This document shows positions 59,489 to 64,000 of a stretch of DNA of 64,000 bases, piece after piece; the stretch's first letter is position 1, and each line of letters starts with the position of its first letter. The DNA is from Akkermansiaceae bacterium. GTDB taxonomy: Bacteria > Verrucomicrobiota > Verrucomicrobiia > Verrucomicrobiales > Akkermansiaceae. The notes beneath the pieces are model-generated. The model did not search any database. It saw nothing but the letters and a program-made list of their open reading frames with translations, and had not been told where the DNA came from. Both the position numbers and the translations under genes were made by a program. The stretch is from NCBI GenBank assembly GCA_051251915.1, contig JBPOGF010000007.1, positions 103,675 to 167,674 on the forward strand, given 5' to 3'.

Positions 59489-61327
59489 TTACCTTCTTGT
59501 TGGTTTTCTGCGTTTGTCGGGTTGGGTGGTGCGTTGGTTTTGGGTTGAGTTGGTTTCTTCCGTTGCTTCTTCTGTGGTGTCAACTTCAGCGGGGTTGGTG
59601 ACTAGGAAGACGTTGTCTTGGATTTCAGTGTCGATGGTGGTGTTGCGGCGGATGATGGTGGCTAGGGTTTGCTGGTCTACCATTTCTACGAGATCTTGTG
59701 GGAGGTCGTGTTTGTAGAAGTAGCGGTCGCCATCGCGGAGTCTGGTGAACTGTTCTGCTACGATTTTATGGAGGAGGCCTCCGAGCATGGAGTCTGAGTA
59801 TGGGGAGGGATCTTCTGCTAATCCTACGATCCAGAGGTCCATGTCGTTGATATCGGTGTAGGCTGCTTCTAGCCTGGCGATGGTTTCTTCGTTGGTGGTG
59901 ATGTCAGAAAATTCTTGGGCTGGGAACTTGTGGGTGAGTTTTCTGGCGGTGTTGTAGTCTGGTAAGCCGTGGTCGCGTCCTCGCTGTATGTTGAGGGCTA
60001 CTAGGTCTAGTCCGCCTGCGCCTGGGGCTCCGAAGAGGAAGTCTCTGACTTCGCTGATGACGAGTTCGTCTAGTTCTTGGCATTGCTGGGTGACTAGACC
60101 GCGGAGGGTGACCTCTATTCCTTCTTCGACGGTGTGGGTGGGTCTGAAGAAGGCTGCTGCTAGGGATAGATTTCCTGCAGCGATTTCATTTCCGTAGGCG
60201 TCTAGTCTGAGGAGGGTGGGTGATAGGAGGCTGTGGCCGAATCTGTATGCGGCTGTGGCGAACTCGTTAGAGATGTCTGCTGATACGTGCGGGTTGTAGC
60301 CTTTGTATTTGGGGAGGGCTTTGGGGCCTAGGAGTAGGGGTAAGAATTCATTGTAGGTGATGGCTTGCATTTCTGCTGCGACGATTTGGCGTGCGTGTTG
60401 GTAGATTTCTTCACCGGTAGCGTCTGGATTTTCTAGTTGGAATTCATTGGCTCTGTAGTTGTGCTCACGCATGAAGAGGGTGTGCATGGCGGTGAGGCCG
60501 ACTTGTTCGTTGGCGCGGATGTCTCCTGCGATGAATAGGGTGTCGCTGGTTCCGCCGGCGTTGTCGATGCCTTCGGTGTTGAAGGGGAGGAGGTCTCCGT
60601 GGGTTTCTGTGATGGTGACTTTTAGGCGTCCAGTTCCGTCTAGTGTGCGGAGGGCGTGGGCGCGCTCGATGTCTGAGCCATAGACGTTTGAGGCGTCGAT
60701 GTATGCGGTGAGGAGGTTGACTTGTTGGCGGACTCCGAAGCCGTCGTCATCGACGTAGAAGGAGCGGGAGAGGGGGATTTCTTGGGTGCCGGTGCTATCT
60801 GGGTCGAAGGATGGGTCTCCTGTTGGGACGGGGATGTTGAATGGTTCAGCTGGGTCGTGGACGGGAGTTTCTGTGATGTCGTGGTCTAGGAATTGGCCCC
60901 ATTGCCAGAGCATGTCGCTGGCACCTTTGTGGTTGAGGACGGATTCGGTTTGGGCTGCGATGAGGTTGCTGATTTCTCTGGCGGACTTGCGCTGAGATCC
61001 TGCTGGGCTGCTGATGCCGTCTTCGTAGGCGGCGGGGAAGAGTCTGAGGAAGGGGATCTCTGAGCTGCCCCATTCTGGGATGGCGATGTTGTTGCCGTAG
61101 CCATCGATGCTTCTGTATCCGCCTTGCATTTCTTGGGGGCGGAGGTGTGGAGCTGGAGCGTGGCGTTGTTTTTTTGAGAATGATCTTGGGAATTGGCGAT
61201 CAGTTTTTGTTGGTTGCTCGGTGTCTTCTGTTTCTTGTGCGAGGAGGGTAGAGGGGGCTAGGCTGAGGGTGATGACGCAGGTGTAGGTGGTTGCGTGTTT
61301 GAGGAGTTTGTTGTGGGGTTGTTTCAT
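59489..61327 (-). CDS. Secreted animal-type heme peroxidase (peroxidase-cyclooxygenase superfamily)
   Basis: YRSIDGYGNN, WGQFLDHD, GDIRANEQ, AYRFGHS and NIQRGRDHGL; signal peptide. Confidence 0.93.
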   Translation of the reverse strand: MKQPHNKLLKHATTYTCVITLSLAPSTLLAQETEDTEQPTKTDRQFPRSFSKKQRHAPAPHLRPQEMQGGYRSIDGYGNNIAIPEWGSSEIPFLRLFPAAYEDGISSPAGSQRKSAREISNLIAAQTESVLNHKGASDMLWQWGQFLDHDITETPVHDPAEPFNIPVPTGDPSFDPDSTGTQEIPLSRSFYVDDDGFGVRQQVNLLTAYIDASNVYGSDIERAHALRTLDGTGRLKVTITETHGDLLPFNTEGIDNAGGTSDTLFIAGDIRANEQVGLTAMHTLFMREHNYRANEFQLENPDATGEEIYQHARQIVAAEMQAITYNEFLPLLLGPKALPKYKGYNPHVSADISNEFATAAYRFGHSLLSPTLLRLDAYGNEIAAGNLSLAAAFFRPTHTVEEGIEVTLRGLVTQQCQELDELVISEVRDFLFGAPGAGGLDLVALNIQRGRDHGLPDYNTARKLTHKFPAQEFSDITTNEETIARLEAAYTDINDMDLWIVGLAEDPSPYSDSMLGGLLHKIVAEQFTRLRDGDRYFYKHDLPQDLVEMVDQQTLATIIRRNTTIDTEIQDNVFLVTNPAEVDTTEEATEETNSTQNQRTTQPDKRRKPTRR

Positions 61328-61815
61328 GATGTGTTAGGTTGTGTTTGTTTGGTTGGTTTCCACAGAGTTTGTTCTGTTAGAAGAAACATATGTTCTGCCT
61401 ATTACATAAGTGGGAGGGGTGAGGGAGTTACATTCTGTTGTATTTAAATACCTAACACGTGTTTCATTTATTTTTTGTAACCTTGTTGAGAATGCACGTC
61501 AGAGGGGGAGGTAAGGGGTTGTTAGGTTTTGTTAGAGAGGGGTGGTGTCAGTCAGGCACTCGAGGTATTAAACTATCATGATAGAGATTTTCGCAGTTAG
61601 AGCCAATTATTAGAGCCAATTATTGAATGACTTCATGCCGTCACGAGTGGTGGATGATGATGGTTTGGGGGATGGTTTGGGTGATGGTTTTTGGATCATT
61701 GAATTAGTTGAACTGCGATGAACCAGTATGTTGAAATGCTTTGTTATGATTAGCTGGTTCTGCCTAGTTATCAGGGGATTTCTAACGGATGGGGTGGTAG
61801 GGGGTCGAAGCTTAT

Positions 61816-62616
61816 ATGTCTAGGAGGTTTCTATTTATAATTCTTATTTTTGCATTTGTTGCAGGAGTGGTTGGTTATGTGATTTATGATAGTATTAGGG
61901 ATAGGGTGGAGACGGTGTTTGAGATTGTTCCTGTGGGGGTTTCTAAGTATAGGACATTGATGACACGTGCTTATGAGCCTGATCTGTTTGATAAGGGTGA
62001 GAGTCCTTTTTATAGTGAACGGGTATTGGGGCGGGCGATAGAAGATTATGATTTGGTGAGGTTATTTGATATGGGTAGGGAGGTGTTGTTGGCGGAGCTT
62101 AGGGATGGTATGGAGTTGAGTTCTGTTAGGTATAGTGATTTGTTGAGGTTGAGAGTTTCTTTTGGTTCAAAGTTACGGTCTGAGCAGGTTTCTTATGCGG
62201 TGGTTCAGACTTTTGCGACTCTCAGGAGAGAGGGGTTGGAGAGAAGACGTGAAGAGTCTATTCGTGAATTCGCTGATAAACTTAGAATTCAGGAGGATAA
62301 GGTGGAAGATCACAGGGTCAGATTAACTTATTATTCTGAAGAGCATCTGATTCCTTATGATGTTATGTTTGGGGAAGGGCAGCGAGGGAGGTCTGAGGAT
62401 GGGGAAACTGAGGATGGGGATCTTGTTATTCTGGGTGCTGATTGGGCGCGTATTGAGAAGGTGAGGGAGGATTATGAGAGGGAGTTGGCTATTTTGGAGG
62501 CTATAAAGGAGGCTGAGTTTTCAGAGTTTATGGATGAGAGTTTATGGAGGGAGCCTATTATTATTCATGAGGCAGGGTGGAGTGATGAGGTGGGGGCGCA
62601 GATGAGGGTGAAGTGA
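61816..62616 (+). CDS. Wzz/GumC-like periplasmic-domain protein, paralog A
   Basis: N-terminal TM, SERVLGRAIEDYDL, SDLLRL and a coiled coil; clearly similar to 62986-63861. Confidence 0.6.
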   Translation: MSRRFLFIILIFAFVAGVVGYVIYDSIRDRVETVFEIVPVGVSKYRTLMTRAYEPDLFDKGESPFYSERVLGRAIEDYDLVRLFDMGREVLLAELRDGMELSSVRYSDLLRLRVSFGSKLRSEQVSYAVVQTFATLRREGLERRREESIREFADKLRIQEDKVEDHRVRLTYYSEEHLIPYDVMFGEGQRGRSEDGETEDGDLVILGADWARIEKVREDYERELAILEAIKEAEFSEFMDESLWREPIIIHEAGWSDEVGAQMRVK

Positions 62617-62720
62617 GGTGCCTCGGGGTAGATGTGCCGGGCCTTCGGCGCTTGGTGTTTTGTGGGGGATGGGTCCCAGGGTTTTACCCTGGGCTGGATA
62701 TGTTTTGCTCTGTTGGAGCA
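62617..62720 (+). repeat. REP-like element duplicated with the tandem paralogs
   Basis: GCCGGGCCTTCGGCGCTT...CCCAGGG-TTTTA-CCCTGGG; the second copy at 63862-63937 is truncated. Confidence 0.7.
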
Positions 62721-62985
62721 GGGTTGATGGGTAGGGGTTATGGGGGCCAGATGTGTTTTGAGTCGTAGTCGATGTTGAGTTTTTTTAGGAGGTTTAGGTA
62801 TTCGTCTTTGAAGGCACTGAGTTTACGGAACTTGGTTGATGGGTAGGGAAGCTTGGGTTGGTGGATTTTTTTTGACCGCAAAATATGCGAAATTTACGAA
62901 AGGTTGATGGGCTTGGGTTGTTGCCTGCGGGGGTTATCACGAATGGCTTGAATTACTTGAATTTTCATGGGATTTCTAACGTTTT

Positions 62986-63861
62986 GTGGGGATGGGTGTC
63001 TGTATGGTTATGTCGAGGAAGATTGTATTTATTGTTTTGGTTGTAGCTGGGGTTGCTGGTTATTCGGGGTATGTTTTGGGGGTTAATAAGGGGGCTTTGG
63101 TGGAGGCTGAAGACGAGGTGAGAAAGGAGGAGGGTATGAGTAGGGAGTTTGGTTCAGAAACTGTTTTTGAGATAAATCCTTACGGGACGATGAGTGATGC
63201 TGTGGGAAGAAATAGGATGATGACTCGTCAATTTTTTCAAACGCAGTTCGCTATAATAGAAAGTGAAGAGACTATTGGGAGGGCGATTGAGAATTATGAT
63301 TTGGTGAGTTTGTTAGGAAAAAATAAACAGGATCTAGTTAAAGAAATAGGGGGAAGCATCAAGTTAGGGGAAGAGCGGGGGACGGATTTGATCAAGTTAT
63401 CAGTAAATGCAGATTCAGAGCTAAAGGCTCAGCGGATAGCTTATGCGTTGACGCATGCTTATGCAGGGAGGCGCGTTGCTGCATTAGAGAAAAGGAAGAA
63501 GGAGGTAGTCGAGCTGTTTGCTAAGAAGCGTAAAGTTCAGGAGGGCAAAGTTGAGGAGGCTAGGGGGAAATTGTATGCTTGGTCTAAGAAATTGCAGATT
63601 CCTTATTACGGAAAAGATGGGGATTTACATGAGTCTATAAATAAAGAGGAAAATACGGATAATGATCCTTTGGTATCCAAAGAAGAGAAGACTCATTTTG
63701 GTAAGCTTAGGGAGGACTATGAGAGGGAGTTGGCAATTTTAGATGCGATTAAGCAGGCTGAGTTTACGGATATTATAAGTGGAGGTTTGGAGAGGGACCC
63801 TATTGTTTTTCATAGGTATGGGTGGAGTGATGAGGTGGGGGCTGAGATGGGGGTGAAGTGA
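62986..63861 (+). CDS. Wzz/GumC-like periplasmic-domain protein, paralog B
   Basis: FFQTQFAIIES, ERGTDLIKLSV and AQRIAYAL; shares the C-terminus REDYERELAIL...GWSDEVGA with paralog A. Confidence 0.65.
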   Translation: MGMGVCMVMSRKIVFIVLVVAGVAGYSGYVLGVNKGALVEAEDEVRKEEGMSREFGSETVFEINPYGTMSDAVGRNRMMTRQFFQTQFAIIESEETIGRAIENYDLVSLLGKNKQDLVKEIGGSIKLGEERGTDLIKLSVNADSELKAQRIAYALTHAYAGRRVAALEKRKKEVVELFAKKRKVQEGKVEEARGKLYAWSKKLQIPYYGKDGDLHESINKEENTDNDPLVSKEEKTHFGKLREDYERELAILDAIKQAEFTDIISGGLERDPIVFHRYGWSDEVGAEMGVK

Positions 63862-63934
63862 GGTGCCTCTGGGGAGGTGTGTCGGGCCTTCGGCGCTTGG
63901 TGTTTTGTGAGGGAATGGGTCCCAGGGTTTTACC

Positions 63935-64000
63935 CTGACTTTTATACATAAGTCAGGATGATTTTTGGAATGCTTTCCAAGCTTCTCCGTAAGCTTCTAC
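63935..64000 (-). mobile_element. Possible insertion-sequence end carrying the 3' end of an ORF
   Basis: Similarity to the first repeat copy stops abruptly, followed by the palindrome CCTGACTT-N8-AAGTCAGG and a minus-strand ORF end VEAYGEAWKAFQKSS*. Confidence 0.4.

Noticed and set aside
61597..61622. 13-bp tandem duplication TTAGAGCCAATTA x2
   Set aside because: It has only two units and no other copy was seen, consistent with a local slippage duplication.

Overview
This is a bacterial chromosomal segment. Gene content (PEP-CTERM tail VPEPSS...RRRK, DUF1552/DUF1592 pair, DUF1080, DUF3500, SHD1-like domain) points to Verrucomicrobiales, probably Rubritalea-like and marine; that assignment is inference. 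The + strand is visibly very G/T-rich regardless of gene orientation. Core content: dnaK-groES-groEL behind a sigma54-type promoter, lemA-M48 protease, rlmH, hpt, LOG, MTA phosphorylase, a YafK-like L,D-transpeptidase, prepilin peptidase, an ElaB/YqjE/YqjK-like operon, an ABC-F ATPase, an M3 oligopeptidase, a MerC/COG0523 metal locus with GCAAC-N3-GTTGC boxes, a secreted ClpP-like protein, a secreted animal-type heme peroxidase and two tandem Wzz/GumC-like paralogs. The most notable items are: (1) a 9.4 kb five-gene transglutaminase/amidoligase/ATP-grasp/alpha-E operon with a sigma54-type promoter, a structured leader, a Gln-rich N-terminus and no Anbu protease; (2) a polarised motif GGGGTAAGTTTTT at boundaries of variable gene blocks, including an 18-bp direct repeat enclosing a 4.1 kb run of orphan genes with attC-like relics; (3) two families of periodic intergenic mini-repeats; (4) a probable IS end inserted into a REP-like hairpin at the right edge. 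I recognised no rRNA, tRNA or CRISPR array. All calls come from motif recognition without database searches.
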